The notes: generated by a model from the sequence alone, not told the origin. 64,000 nt of DNA from Nitrospirota bacterium (GCA_963710375.1 CAVPZX010000007.1:22826-86825); one strand, 5' to 3'. Positions 16,852-26,201 are shown, counted from the stretch's first letter. A program made the numbers and translations.

Positions 16852-18058
16852 CATAATGTTTGTCCTTTTTGTTTTTTTTCTTTTGCCTGGTTGCGGAGGG
16901 GGAGGCAGCAGTAGCAGCACCAGCAGTCAAACAGCTAACGTACTTGCTCTCACTGTCAACGGATCGACATGCGACTCGTCCATCGGCCCTTATATGAACG
17001 AACCATGCGTAAGTGTTACGGTTTGCACCCCCAACACCTCAACCTGTGTGACAATCAATGGCATTTTACTGGATACGGGAAGCTACGGACTCAGAATTTT
17101 TAAACAGGCACTGGGCAGCGTTTCTCTTACGCAATTGGCATCAGGTTCAGGTTCTCTTGCAGAGTGCGTTCAATACGCAGACGGCACGGCTGACTGGGGA
17201 CCTGTTCAGACTGCGAGTGTCGTTCTGGGGAACGAGTCCGCTGTGCAGGTTCCAATCCAGGTAATAGACTACAAGTTTCCTACTGTCGCAGTTGCTGACA
17301 GTGTATGCCCGGGTTCAGACCAAACTCCGTCTGACACCGGATTCAACGGAATCCTCGGGGTTGGCCCCTTTGACCAGGACTGTGGTTCGACATGTGTAAA
17401 TTCCAGTGTTGGGCAGTATTACACATGCAGCGGGTCCCAGTGCAGCGGAACTACGGTACTTCTCAGCAATCAGGTTTCGAACCCGGTGGCTGCTCTTCCC
17501 ACTGACAACAATGGGTTGATAGTGGAACTCCCCACTGTTGCTGCCGGCGGTGCTGCTTCGGTGACCGGCTCTCTTGTGCTCGGGATTGGCACAGAATCTA
17601 ATAATTCGTCTGCCGGGGTTACTGTGTATACAGTCGATCAGAATGATGAATTTGCCACAACCTTTAGCGGGGTCACTTATGCCGATGTGCCTCCCAACTA
17701 TAGCGGCAGTTTTATCGACACCGGTTCGAACGGGCTTTATTTCCCTTCTCCTACCTCAGGCACTTACAATGGCGAGCTGCCGGACTGTGGCGGCGTTAAT
17801 TCCGGCTTTTTCTGCCCCTCGTCAACAACGAACTTTTCCGCCACTATTACTGGAGCCTCCGGCTCTCCGACTGGTACTGTCCCGTTCTCGATAGGCAACT
17901 TTAACACCCTCGCAAAGTCGGGCAATAACGTGTTCAGCGATATCGGCGCCAATAGTCCCGGTTTCGACTGGGGGCTTCCGTTCTACTTTGGACGAAACGT
18001 GTTTATCGGGTTTGAGAACCCGTCCAACCCTGGCACAGGTCAATATTTCGCGTATTAA
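16835..18058 (+). CDS. DUF3443-like lipoprotein with two D-T-G-S motifs (possible pepsin-like fold)
   Basis: Lipobox LLPGC followed by a G/S linker. ILLDTGSYG (Asp80, nt 17072-17074) and FIDTGSNG (Asp295, nt 17717-17719). Confidence 0.65.
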   Translation: MMKSSSIMFVLFVFFLLPGCGGGGSSSSTSSQTANVLALTVNGSTCDSSIGPYMNEPCVSVTVCTPNTSTCVTINGILLDTGSYGLRIFKQALGSVSLTQLASGSGSLAECVQYADGTADWGPVQTASVVLGNESAVQVPIQVIDYKFPTVAVADSVCPGSDQTPSDTGFNGILGVGPFDQDCGSTCVNSSVGQYYTCSGSQCSGTTVLLSNQVSNPVAALPTDNNGLIVELPTVAAGGAASVTGSLVLGIGTESNNSSAGVTVYTVDQNDEFATTFSGVTYADVPPNYSGSFIDTGSNGLYFPSPTSGTYNGELPDCGGVNSGFFCPSSTTNFSATITGASGSPTGTVPFSIGNFNTLAKSGNNVFSDIGANSPGFDWGLPFYFGRNVFIGFENPSNPGTGQYFAY

Positions 18059-18406
18059 GCATCTTGGCAGCGATTATTATCGTCAGGAAATGCGCGGTGC
18101 ATATGAGAGTCCTCCTATTTCAAATGCATCCCCTGGATTAAGAAGCCCTGCGGTGCCGGGAAAGAATTACCATGAGCGGAAAAAATATCACTATGCGAAC
18201 ATTTCACCTCGAAAATACAATTGCAAACCGCAAAGTGAAAAGAGAGACTTCCATCAACAAATAAAAACCTGATATTCCAGATAGTTATCTGTGCCATGGC
18301 TCAAAAACCCTACCTTTGGCTGTGGTTAACTATAGTACTTAATATTTGGTATGTTTTTTGCTAGATAAATATAAGGTGACAGCAATTAAATGAAAAGGGG
18401 TCACAT

Positions 18407-19186
18407 ATGGGATTTAACACGATAATAAGAGACCTTGCGAAATACCTGAATCGGATGGTACTCCTGAACATGCTCTTTCTTGGGCTGACCATCTCGGTTG
18501 TCTTTATAGCCCTTGGAGCAGAAAAATTATCAGTAGCGCTGATCACTTCATCAGGAGGATTTATTATCTGCATTGCCAATTTACTCTTTATAAACCGATA
18601 TTTTGTGCGTAAAACCGAATCTTCCCTTACAACGTCTTACGACTCGCTCCAGAATGATTATCTTTATGATGACCTCACAAAGGCTTATAACCGGCGTGCA
18701 GGCCTGGTCCGTCTAAATGAGGAATTCGCGCGCGCAAGGAGAAATTGCTCAACTCTGTCGGTCGCCATGGTCGATGCCGACCATTTCAAAAACATTAACG
18801 ATACTTATGGCCATCTGGTAGGCGACAAGGCTTTGATCCACTTAGCATCCATGTTGAGATCAGGGCTTCGGGAATGCGACATCCTTGTAAGATATGGGGG
18901 AGAAGAGTTCCTGGTCCTTCTTCCTGATACGAGCTGCAGACAGGCTGCCCTGCCTCTTGACCGGCTCCGCTACAGGCTTGCCGAACAGAAGTTTTTTAAT
19001 GACAACGCCGAAATAAGGTTATCCATCAGCATAGGCATTGCCACTTTATCTGCTCTCGATAACAATCCGATGGACGTGATTGAGCGCGCAGATAAAGCCC
19101 TTTATTCAGCCAAGAGATCGGGTCGCAACAGGGTTGTATACGACTGTCAAATGCCTGGATTCAGTCCGGCGTTAAGCAATGCGTAA
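18407..19186 (+). CDS. Membrane-anchored diguanylate cyclase (GGDEF domain)
   Basis: Two N-terminal TM helices. DADHFKNINDTYGHLVGDKAL ... RYGGEEFLVLL ... RADKALYSAKRSGRNR. Confidence 0.85.
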   Translation: MGFNTIIRDLAKYLNRMVLLNMLFLGLTISVVFIALGAEKLSVALITSSGGFIICIANLLFINRYFVRKTESSLTTSYDSLQNDYLYDDLTKAYNRRAGLVRLNEEFARARRNCSTLSVAMVDADHFKNINDTYGHLVGDKALIHLASMLRSGLRECDILVRYGGEEFLVLLPDTSCRQAALPLDRLRYRLAEQKFFNDNAEIRLSISIGIATLSALDNNPMDVIERADKALYSAKRSGRNRVVYDCQMPGFSPALSNA

Positions 19187-19320
19187 TTACTCGATAACTC
19201 CACATCGCTCCTGACATAGATCATTAATTCTTCTTGTCCCAAACAATACAATCAATCCTGTACTGTCTGAATTGAAGATGAATACTTGACAAAATCAGTA
19301 GGCCATTATAGCATATTTAC

Positions 19321-19788
19321 ATGCTGCGATTATCGACAAAAGGACAGTATGGAGTCAGGGCTATGTATGAAATAGCGCGTGGATACCCTGATAAGCCGGT
19401 CACTATAAAAGAGATATCCGATGAACAGGCTGTCTCTGTCCCCTATCTTGAGCAGATATTGAACAAGCTCAGGAAAGCAGGATTGATCAGGAGCGTAAAA
19501 GGGCCGGGCGGAGGTTATCTTTTAAACAAAGGGCCGGAAGAAATAAGCATTGCATCTATCGTGAGCGAGCTTGAAGGACCTGTTGCGATTACATCTTGTC
19601 TTAATCCTGAAGAAGGGTGCATAAGGGTTGACAACTGTGTTACTCACCTGCTGTGGAAGGCGCTTGGTGAACAAATAGAAGCTTTTCTGGAAACAATAAC
19701 ATTACAAAACCTGATGTCAGGTGATGTTTATACTATCAAAAAGAAAATTCGGGTTAATGCAGGCAAGATGCCCAGGGCGACGATATGA
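19321..19788 (+). CDS. Rrf2-family (IscR-like) transcriptional regulator
   Basis: MLRLSTKGQYGVRAMYEIA ... VPYLEQILNKLRKAGLIRSVKGPGGGYLL. A three-Cys cluster, CLNPEEGCIRVDNC, could ligate an Fe-S cluster. Confidence 0.85.
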   Translation: MLRLSTKGQYGVRAMYEIARGYPDKPVTIKEISDEQAVSVPYLEQILNKLRKAGLIRSVKGPGGGYLLNKGPEEISIASIVSELEGPVAITSCLNPEEGCIRVDNCVTHLLWKALGEQIEAFLETITLQNLMSGDVYTIKKKIRVNAGKMPRATI

Positions 19789-20075
19789 AGTTTGTTCACG
19801 GAGTCAAGGCGGATATTACTGCTGATATCGTATACATGATGTGCCCGATGCATCTCCTTAAACTCGAAGAGATGATCAGAGGGCTTGACGAGGGCCAGGT
19901 GCTTGAGATACTTACCGACTATGATGGCGCGCTGGAGGATATCCCTCAATGGTGCGATCGTACAGGAAACGAATTTATCGGACTGGATGAGGATGAGGAC
20001 TATTACAGATTTTATATAAAGAAAAAAAGCAAGGACGCAGGTGATGGGAAAGAAAAAAAGGAGAACATATCATGA
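19785..20075 (+). CDS. TusA/SirA-like sulfurtransferase-family protein
   Basis: Contains MMCPMHLLKLEEMIRGLDEGQVLEILTD (CPx motif plus the typical downstream pattern). Overlaps both neighbours by 4 nt. Confidence 0.7.
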   Translation: MKFVHGVKADITADIVYMMCPMHLLKLEEMIRGLDEGQVLEILTDYDGALEDIPQWCDRTGNEFIGLDEDEDYYRFYIKKKSKDAGDGKEKKENIS

Positions 20076-21271
20076 GAAGGTGTTATTTTGATCATGTTGC
20101 CACAAATCCGTTGCATCCGGAAGTGCTTGATGCAATGATGCCTTATTTCAAAGACGATTTTGGAAACCCTTTGAGTGTTTATGACCTTGGTATGTCTGCT
20201 CGGGACGCCATAGAAAAGGCCCGGCAACAGGTGGCGGGCCTGATAAATGCAAAACCTCCCACAGTGGTCTTTACCTCAAGCGGCGCAGAAGCCAATAATT
20301 TTGCACTCAGGGGAATTGCCTTTGCCAGCCAGAACAAGGGCAAACATGTAATAGTTTCAAAGGTCGAGCACCACTCAATTCTTAATGCGGCGCGCTTTCT
20401 CGAAAAAAACGGTTTTGTCGTTACTTATTTGCCGGTCGATAAACATGGCATTGTCGATCCCGAAACGGTAAAAAAATCACTTAGCAAGGAGACTGTTCTT
20501 ATTTCAGTGACTCACGCGAGCAGCGAGATCGGCAGCATAGAGCCCATTCGTGAGATAGCAAAGGTTGCGAAAGAGAGGGGCATAGTCATGCATGCTGACG
20601 GCGTTGCAACGTCCGGAAATATTCCTGTTGACGTTAAGGAGCTTGGCGTGGATCTTCTCAGCATGGCTGCGCACCAGTTCTACGGTCCTAAAGGCGCCGG
20701 TGCTCTTTATGTAAGGGAGGGTTTGCGAATTGCGCCGCTGATTTACGGCGGAATTCAGGAAGGCGGCAGAAGGGCGGGCACCGAGAATGTGCCTGCGATA
20801 GTGGGTATGGGTAAGGCTGCCGAGATGGCGGTGCAGGAAATGCCTGGCAGAATGGAGCACTGCAGGCAACTGAGGGATGCTTTGATCGGGGGTGTGCTGA
20901 AGTTGCCGAACGTGTATCTTACAGGGCATAACGAAGTCAGGCTTCCGCACCATGCTAGCTTTGTTGTTGAATTTATTGAGGGTGAATCCATGATCCTGAT
21001 GCTGTCGATGAAGGGAATATTGTCTGCAAGCGGCTCTGCATGCTCTTCCAGGGCGTTGAAGTCCTCGCCTGTTTTGCTCTCGCTTGGCATCCCATCAGCG
21101 CTTGCACAAGGGTCTATCGTCTTCAGCCTCGGCATGGACAACTCTATGGAGGATATAAATTACTTCCTTGAGGAATTTCCTCAGGTGGTCAAAAAATTGC
21201 GTGACATGTCTCCTTTCTCAAAAGGATGGGGCTCAGATAGCCAGGGAGAGGCGTGTTACACAGGAGGTTAG
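20072..21271 (+). CDS. nifS: NifS/IscS-like class V aminotransferase-fold protein (cysteine desulfurase family) lacking the PLP lysine
   Basis: Family motifs present: FTSSGAEANNFALRG, HADGVATSGNIPVD, YGPKGAGALYVRE, SASGSACSS. At the SxHK position it reads AAHQ (Gln202, codon cag at 20675-20677). Confidence 0.85.
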   Translation: MRRCYFDHVATNPLHPEVLDAMMPYFKDDFGNPLSVYDLGMSARDAIEKARQQVAGLINAKPPTVVFTSSGAEANNFALRGIAFASQNKGKHVIVSKVEHHSILNAARFLEKNGFVVTYLPVDKHGIVDPETVKKSLSKETVLISVTHASSEIGSIEPIREIAKVAKERGIVMHADGVATSGNIPVDVKELGVDLLSMAAHQFYGPKGAGALYVREGLRIAPLIYGGIQEGGRRAGTENVPAIVGMGKAAEMAVQEMPGRMEHCRQLRDALIGGVLKLPNVYLTGHNEVRLPHHASFVVEFIEGESMILMLSMKGILSASGSACSSRALKSSPVLLSLGIPSALAQGSIVFSLGMDNSMEDINYFLEEFPQVVKKLRDMSPFSKGWGSDSQGEACYTGG

Positions 21272-21274
21272 ACT

Positions 21275-21646
21275 ATGTATTCTCAAAAAGTGATGGACCA
21301 TTTTATGAATCCGAGGAACGTGGGTGAGATTCCGAATGCTGACGGTGTTGGCATGGAGGGGAACCCTGTATGCGGGGACTCCATGCAGATTTTCATAAAA
21401 GTCGAAAATGACCGCATTATTGATGCTAAATTCAGGACATTCGGGTGTGGTTCGGCCATAGCCGTCAGCAGTATGATTACGGAGCTGGTGAAGGGGAAGA
21501 CACTTGACGAGGCGCTGAGCATCTCAAAAGAGACCGTTGCCGAGGAACTGGGAGGACTGCCGCCGCAAAAGATGCATTGCTCAAATCTCGGTGCAGATGC
21601 CTTGAAAAAGGCGATAGAGGACTACAGGAGCAAGAAAAAATCTTGA
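21275..21646 (+). CDS. nifU: Fe-S cluster assembly scaffold (IscU / NifU N-terminal type)
   Basis: YSQKVMDHFMNPRNVG ... GNPVCGDSM ... FRTFGCGSAIA ... KMHCSNLGADAL, with the three ligand Cys. Confidence 0.9.
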   Translation: MYSQKVMDHFMNPRNVGEIPNADGVGMEGNPVCGDSMQIFIKVENDRIIDAKFRTFGCGSAIAVSSMITELVKGKTLDEALSISKETVAEELGGLPPQKMHCSNLGADALKKAIEDYRSKKKS

Positions 21647-21734
21647 CAAAATTACTGTTTACTTCTAAAATCTGTGGACTGTTGCTGCAAGGGTATTACA
21701 GTTGGGTTGACTGCGTTTCTGGAGGAAACAGATC

Positions 21735-22667
21735 ATGATACCATCTAAGCTGCTTTTGGCTGATGACAGCCTTACCATTCAGAAGGTTGTTGAGTTGGTA
21801 CTTGCTGATGAGCATTTTGAAATAAAGACGTGCAACGATGGAGAACAGGCCCTTGCCGCGATTGAATCATTCGGCCCCAATATAGTGCTTGCGGACATTG
21901 AAATGCCCAAATTGAACGGCTATCAACTCTGTGAAAAAATCAAGAAGAATTCTGCGACTGCTCATCTGCCGGTCATCCTTCTTGCAGGCGCGTTTGAACC
22001 CTTTGATGAAAATTATGCAAAATCGGTCGGAGCAGACGATTACATTATAAAACCTTTTGAATCCCAGGAATTAATCAGCAAGGTCAAATCTCTTCTTATC
22101 AACGCCGGACCGGCACTTGCCGGGGCGCCTGAAGCCTTTGCTGTTCAGCAGGAAGTAGCACAACCTTCTTTCGTTGAAGAGCCCACATGGGACGAGGCGA
22201 TGCCGGTTGTGGGAGAGGAAAAAAGCGAAGATAAAGAGATAGCTGATATTGGATATGAGGCAAAGGAGACCTTTGCATCAACGGGTAAGGGTTTTGAAGA
22301 GGAGATGGCGGAGGCATTAAAAGAGGAGACGCCTCAGGCGTCCGGTATCAGCGGGAATATCGATGCACTTGCCTTACCTTCTAAAGAAGAAATCCTCGAG
22401 ATCGTGAGTCGGTCTGTTGAGAAGAGGATCTCGGATATCATTGACAGTGACAGTATCTCGGCGCTTTCTGCTGCAATGAAAGAGGTGGTTTCCGCGACTT
22501 TGGCGCAAGATGCGCCAAAGATCATCGAGGATGTGACAAAAGAACTTGTAATGGAAATGATGCAATCTCTGCGCGGTGAAATTATGGCGGTGATCGAAAG
22601 GGTTGTTCCTGAAGTGGCGGAGACGGTCATAAAAAGAGAGATTGAAAAAATTACTGCAGAGCACTGA
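21735..22667 (+). CDS. Response regulator: receiver domain plus a long acidic C-terminal extension
   Basis: LLLADDSLTIQK ... IVLADIEMPKLNG ... DYIIKPF, followed by about 190 aa of E/D/A-rich sequence with no recognisable output domain. Confidence 0.75.
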   Translation: MIPSKLLLADDSLTIQKVVELVLADEHFEIKTCNDGEQALAAIESFGPNIVLADIEMPKLNGYQLCEKIKKNSATAHLPVILLAGAFEPFDENYAKSVGADDYIIKPFESQELISKVKSLLINAGPALAGAPEAFAVQQEVAQPSFVEEPTWDEAMPVVGEEKSEDKEIADIGYEAKETFASTGKGFEEEMAEALKEETPQASGISGNIDALALPSKEEILEIVSRSVEKRISDIIDSDSISALSAAMKEVVSATLAQDAPKIIEDVTKELVMEMMQSLRGEIMAVIERVVPEVAETVIKREIEKITAEH

Positions 22668-22734
22668 AAAATTGTTTTGTAAAATTCCCTGCGCCCTTAG
22701 CTTGTAGTCAAATAGTATCTATTAACGTGTAACA

Positions 22735-25548
22735 ATGCTTGAGATAAAACAGAACTATAACCCTGACGATATTGAGGACAAATGGTACACTCTCTGGGAG
22801 TCCAGCGGATATTTCAAACCGGACCCCGGCGTTGACAAACCCCCATTCTGTATAGTTATACCTCCGCCTAATGTTACCGGTTCCCTTCACATGGGTCATG
22901 CGCTCAACGCTACGCTGCAGGACATACTTGCCAGGTGGAAAAGGATGTCCGGATATAATGTGCTTTGGGTCCCGGGCACTGACCACGCAGGTATAGCAAC
23001 TCAGAATGTGGTGGAAAGAGAGCTTGCGAGAGAGGGGCTGAACAGATATGAGCTTGGCAGAGACGCCTTTATCGAAAGGATATGGCAATGGAAAGCCGAA
23101 TACGGAGGAAAAATAATTCACCAGCTTAAGAAGCTGGGCGCTTCGTGTGATTGGTCGAGAGAACGCTTCACCCTTGATGAGGGTCTGTCCAGGGCGGTAC
23201 GAGAGGTGTTTGTAAGGCTTTTTGAAGAGGGACTGGTATACCGTGACAACCGGTTAATCAACTGGTGCCCGCGCTGCCATACCGCATTATCTGATCTTGA
23301 AGTGGAATATGAAGAAATTGACGGGGCCCTCTATTATATAAAGTACCCGCTGACCGATGCCGCAGGGTATATAACTGTTGCCACTACAAGACCAGAGACA
23401 ATGCTCGGCGATACGGCGGTAGCAGTGAATCCAGAAGATGAACGATACCTGAGGCTGATAGGCAAGGCTATAGAGCTTCCGTTTACTGGAAGGACCATAC
23501 CCATAATAGCCGATCAATTGGTTGAATCCTCATTCGGGACCGGGGCTGTCAAGGTGACGCCGGCCCATGACTTTAATGATGAGGCAATGGGAAAACGCCA
23601 TGGCCTCCCTTCCATAAGCGTTATTACCGAAGACGGTCATATGAGCGCAGAAGCAGGAGAAGCGTGCAGGGGCCTCGACCGGTACGAATGCAGAAAGAAA
23701 CTGCTTGGCAGCCTGAAAGACATGGGATTGCTTGCAGGAGAAAAAAAGCACCGGCATGCGGTCGGCCACTGCTACCGCTGCAAAACAGTCATCGAGCCGC
23801 TCCTGACTATCCAGTGGTATGTCAAAATAGAATCGCTTGCGTCCAGGGCGGTGAAAGCGGTCGGGGACGGAGAGACAAAACTAATTCCATCTTCATGGGA
23901 CAATAATTACTTTGCATGGATGCGGGACATTAAAGACTGGTGTATTTCGCGGCAGATATGGTGGGGCCACCGTATACCGGTCTGGTACTGTCCTGGTTGC
24001 AGCACTAAAGATGGGCGCACACAGGGTGCGATGATCGAGCATATTTTTTTCAGGACTGTGATACTCTCCGGCAAAACAGTTGCAGGAGGCACTTACGCTG
24101 ATTTGCGGTCACAAGGCATGAGCCATGACGAGATTCTCAGGAACTCTAAAATAATACGTGTAACGAAAGAGGTAATTCCCCATTGCGGGAGAGAAGACAT
24201 AAAGGAATGCCCTTTATGCGGGAGCGGCCATGTTATTCGTGACCCAGACGTTCTCGATACATGGTTTTCATCGGCGCTTTGGCCGTTTTCCACTCTGGGT
24301 TGGCCTGACGCGACCGCTGATTTGAAAACATTTTATCCCACCAGTGTTCTTGTCACCGGTTTCGATATTCTCTTTTTCTGGGTGGCGCGCATGCTCATGA
24401 TGGGGTTGAAATGCATGGGTGAGGTACCGTTCACAGATGTTTACATTCACGCCCTCGTGCGCGATGCCAAGGGGCAGAAAATGAGCAAATCAAAGGGTAA
24501 TGTAGTTGATCCGCTGGTTATGACAGGAAAATACGGCGCCGACGCCTTCAGATTTTCTCTTGCCGCTTTTGCGGCCCAGGGGAGGGATGTAAGATTTTCG
24601 GAAGAGCGGCTGGAGGGCTACAGGCATTTTATAAATAAGCTCTGGAATGCCGCCAAATTTATTGTCAAAAACGAACAGGTATGGGACAGAAAGGAACCAT
24701 ATGCTTATGGTGCAACCCTGGATGTTGCGAGCAGATGGATACTAAGCAGGCTGGCATTTACCGTTAGTGAGGTCAACAGGAATCTAGGGAATTACCGTTT
24801 CAATGACGCTGCCGGCAGCGTCTATCATTTTATATGGCATGAATTCTGCGACTGGTACCTCGAAATAACAAAGCCCACACTTTATCAGGAGGACAGCGAG
24901 GAGAAGACTGCGATTGTTTCGTGCCTGTTTTTTGTACTTGAGCAGAGCCTTAAATTATTGCATCCATTTATCCCTTTTGTCACCGAGGAGTTATGGCGCA
25001 ATTTATTTGACCGCGAATCGTCATTGATGCGCGTGAGCTATCCCGCGGAGCTGCCGCGATTTCCTGACGCGGAGCGGCAGATGGAGATATTGCTCAATGC
25101 CGTAACAGGAATACGAAGCGTAAGGGGGGAGTTGAACATAGCCCCTTCTGTGGAGATCAGGGCGGATATCAAGACACTTTCAAAAGAGGTTGAAGATGTT
25201 CTGGAAAACAATCTGGTGTCAATAAAAAAATTGACGAGATGCGGGGAGCTTAACACCGGACCGGGCATTCAGAGGGTCGAGGGTTCCGCAGTCGCTGTTC
25301 ATGAAGGGATGGAAGTGTATATCCCTCTGAGTGGATTGCTCGATGTCGGTTCTGAGGTCAAAAGGCTCCAGAAGGAAATGGACAAAATCGACGAGGCGTT
25401 GCGGTTTTTGAATAAAAAGCTGCTTAATGAGGATTTCTTAAATAACGCCCCTAAGAATGTCCTCGAAAAAGATAAGACGAAGCATGACGAGCTTTTGACC
25501 AGGAGAGCTAAGCTCGATGAGAACATGAATCTCCTGAAAACTATTTAG
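22735..25548 (+). CDS. valS: Valine--tRNA ligase
   Basis: PPPNVTGSLHMGHAL (HIGH motif), KMSKSKGN (KMSKS motif), DVLDTWFSS, C-terminal coiled coil. Confidence 0.95.
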   Translation: MLEIKQNYNPDDIEDKWYTLWESSGYFKPDPGVDKPPFCIVIPPPNVTGSLHMGHALNATLQDILARWKRMSGYNVLWVPGTDHAGIATQNVVERELAREGLNRYELGRDAFIERIWQWKAEYGGKIIHQLKKLGASCDWSRERFTLDEGLSRAVREVFVRLFEEGLVYRDNRLINWCPRCHTALSDLEVEYEEIDGALYYIKYPLTDAAGYITVATTRPETMLGDTAVAVNPEDERYLRLIGKAIELPFTGRTIPIIADQLVESSFGTGAVKVTPAHDFNDEAMGKRHGLPSISVITEDGHMSAEAGEACRGLDRYECRKKLLGSLKDMGLLAGEKKHRHAVGHCYRCKTVIEPLLTIQWYVKIESLASRAVKAVGDGETKLIPSSWDNNYFAWMRDIKDWCISRQIWWGHRIPVWYCPGCSTKDGRTQGAMIEHIFFRTVILSGKTVAGGTYADLRSQGMSHDEILRNSKIIRVTKEVIPHCGREDIKECPLCGSGHVIRDPDVLDTWFSSALWPFSTLGWPDATADLKTFYPTSVLVTGFDILFFWVARMLMMGLKCMGEVPFTDVYIHALVRDAKGQKMSKSKGNVVDPLVMTGKYGADAFRFSLAAFAAQGRDVRFSEERLEGYRHFINKLWNAAKFIVKNEQVWDRKEPYAYGATLDVASRWILSRLAFTVSEVNRNLGNYRFNDAAGSVYHFIWHEFCDWYLEITKPTLYQEDSEEKTAIVSCLFFVLEQSLKLLHPFIPFVTEELWRNLFDRESSLMRVSYPAELPRFPDAERQMEILLNAVTGIRSVRGELNIAPSVEIRADIKTLSKEVEDVLENNLVSIKKLTRCGELNTGPGIQRVEGSAVAVHEGMEVYIPLSGLLDVGSEVKRLQKEMDKIDEALRFLNKKLLNEDFLNNAPKNVLEKDKTKHDELLTRRAKLDENMNLLKTI

Positions 25549-25560
25549 AAAAACAAAGCG

Positions 25561-25688
25561 AACCACAGAGACACAGAGACACGGAGAAAATAATTTATTA
25601 TTCAAAAAGAAAAATTAAAAATTAATGAAGACCTCATTTTTTCACTTTATTAACTGTGATTTTCTCTGTGTCTCTGTGTCTCTGTGGT
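25561..25688. repeat. Word-repeat hairpin element, ACACAGAG words; the best-preserved copy
   Basis: The 29-nt arms 25562-25590 and 25660-25688 are complementary at 28 of 29 positions (the exception is G:U-compatible). The 69-nt loop is AT-rich. Confidence 0.8.
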
Positions 25689-25713
25689 AAAATTTAAGGG
25701 GGAGGGGGCTGCG

Positions 25714-26196
25714 ATGGAAAAAGAGATGATGGATATAGAAAGCAAAAGCCTGGACCTTGTTGAGGCCGAATTTATCACTATTAAACAAAGTACAGTCAGG
25801 GCCGTAGACGGAGGTAACATTGAGTTGCAGCAGGTAGGTGCGCTGAGCATTGACGGCGAGCGTGTTGAGGTGACCCAGGGGGCCGCATTACTCATGAAGG
25901 GGGAAACACTTACCCTGAACCAGAGCATCGGGGTATTGGCCGCAGGCGGCACGACAAACCTTAACTTCTCATTTACGCCGGTCGCTGTGGCTTCCGGAGA
26001 AATTAATGCGAATAAGAGCGCTGTTGGGATTCTGGCCGGCAATCAGGTCAACGCCAATAACAGCACCGCCATTCTCATGATCGGCAAAGATATAGACGGT
26101 ACGGTGACCACGCTTCTGGATTGGCGCAGCGCGCTTGCCATCGGAGCTGTCGCAGGCGGCATCTTCGGACTTTTTTCTCTATTCAGAGGGCGCTGA
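25714..26196 (+). CDS. Hypothetical repeat-rich (beta-helix-like) protein with a C-terminal TM anchor
   Basis: RBS AAGGGGGAGGGGG upstream of the ATG at 25714. The body is G/V/N/A-rich and periodic. The C-terminus ALAIGAVAGGIFGLFSLF is hydrophobic. Confidence 0.45.
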   Translation: MEKEMMDIESKSLDLVEAEFITIKQSTVRAVDGGNIELQQVGALSIDGERVEVTQGAALLMKGETLTLNQSIGVLAAGGTTNLNFSFTPVAVASGEINANKSAVGILAGNQVNANNSTAILMIGKDIDGTVTTLLDWRSALAIGAVAGGIFGLFSLFRGR

Positions 26197-26201
26197 AAAC
26201 A

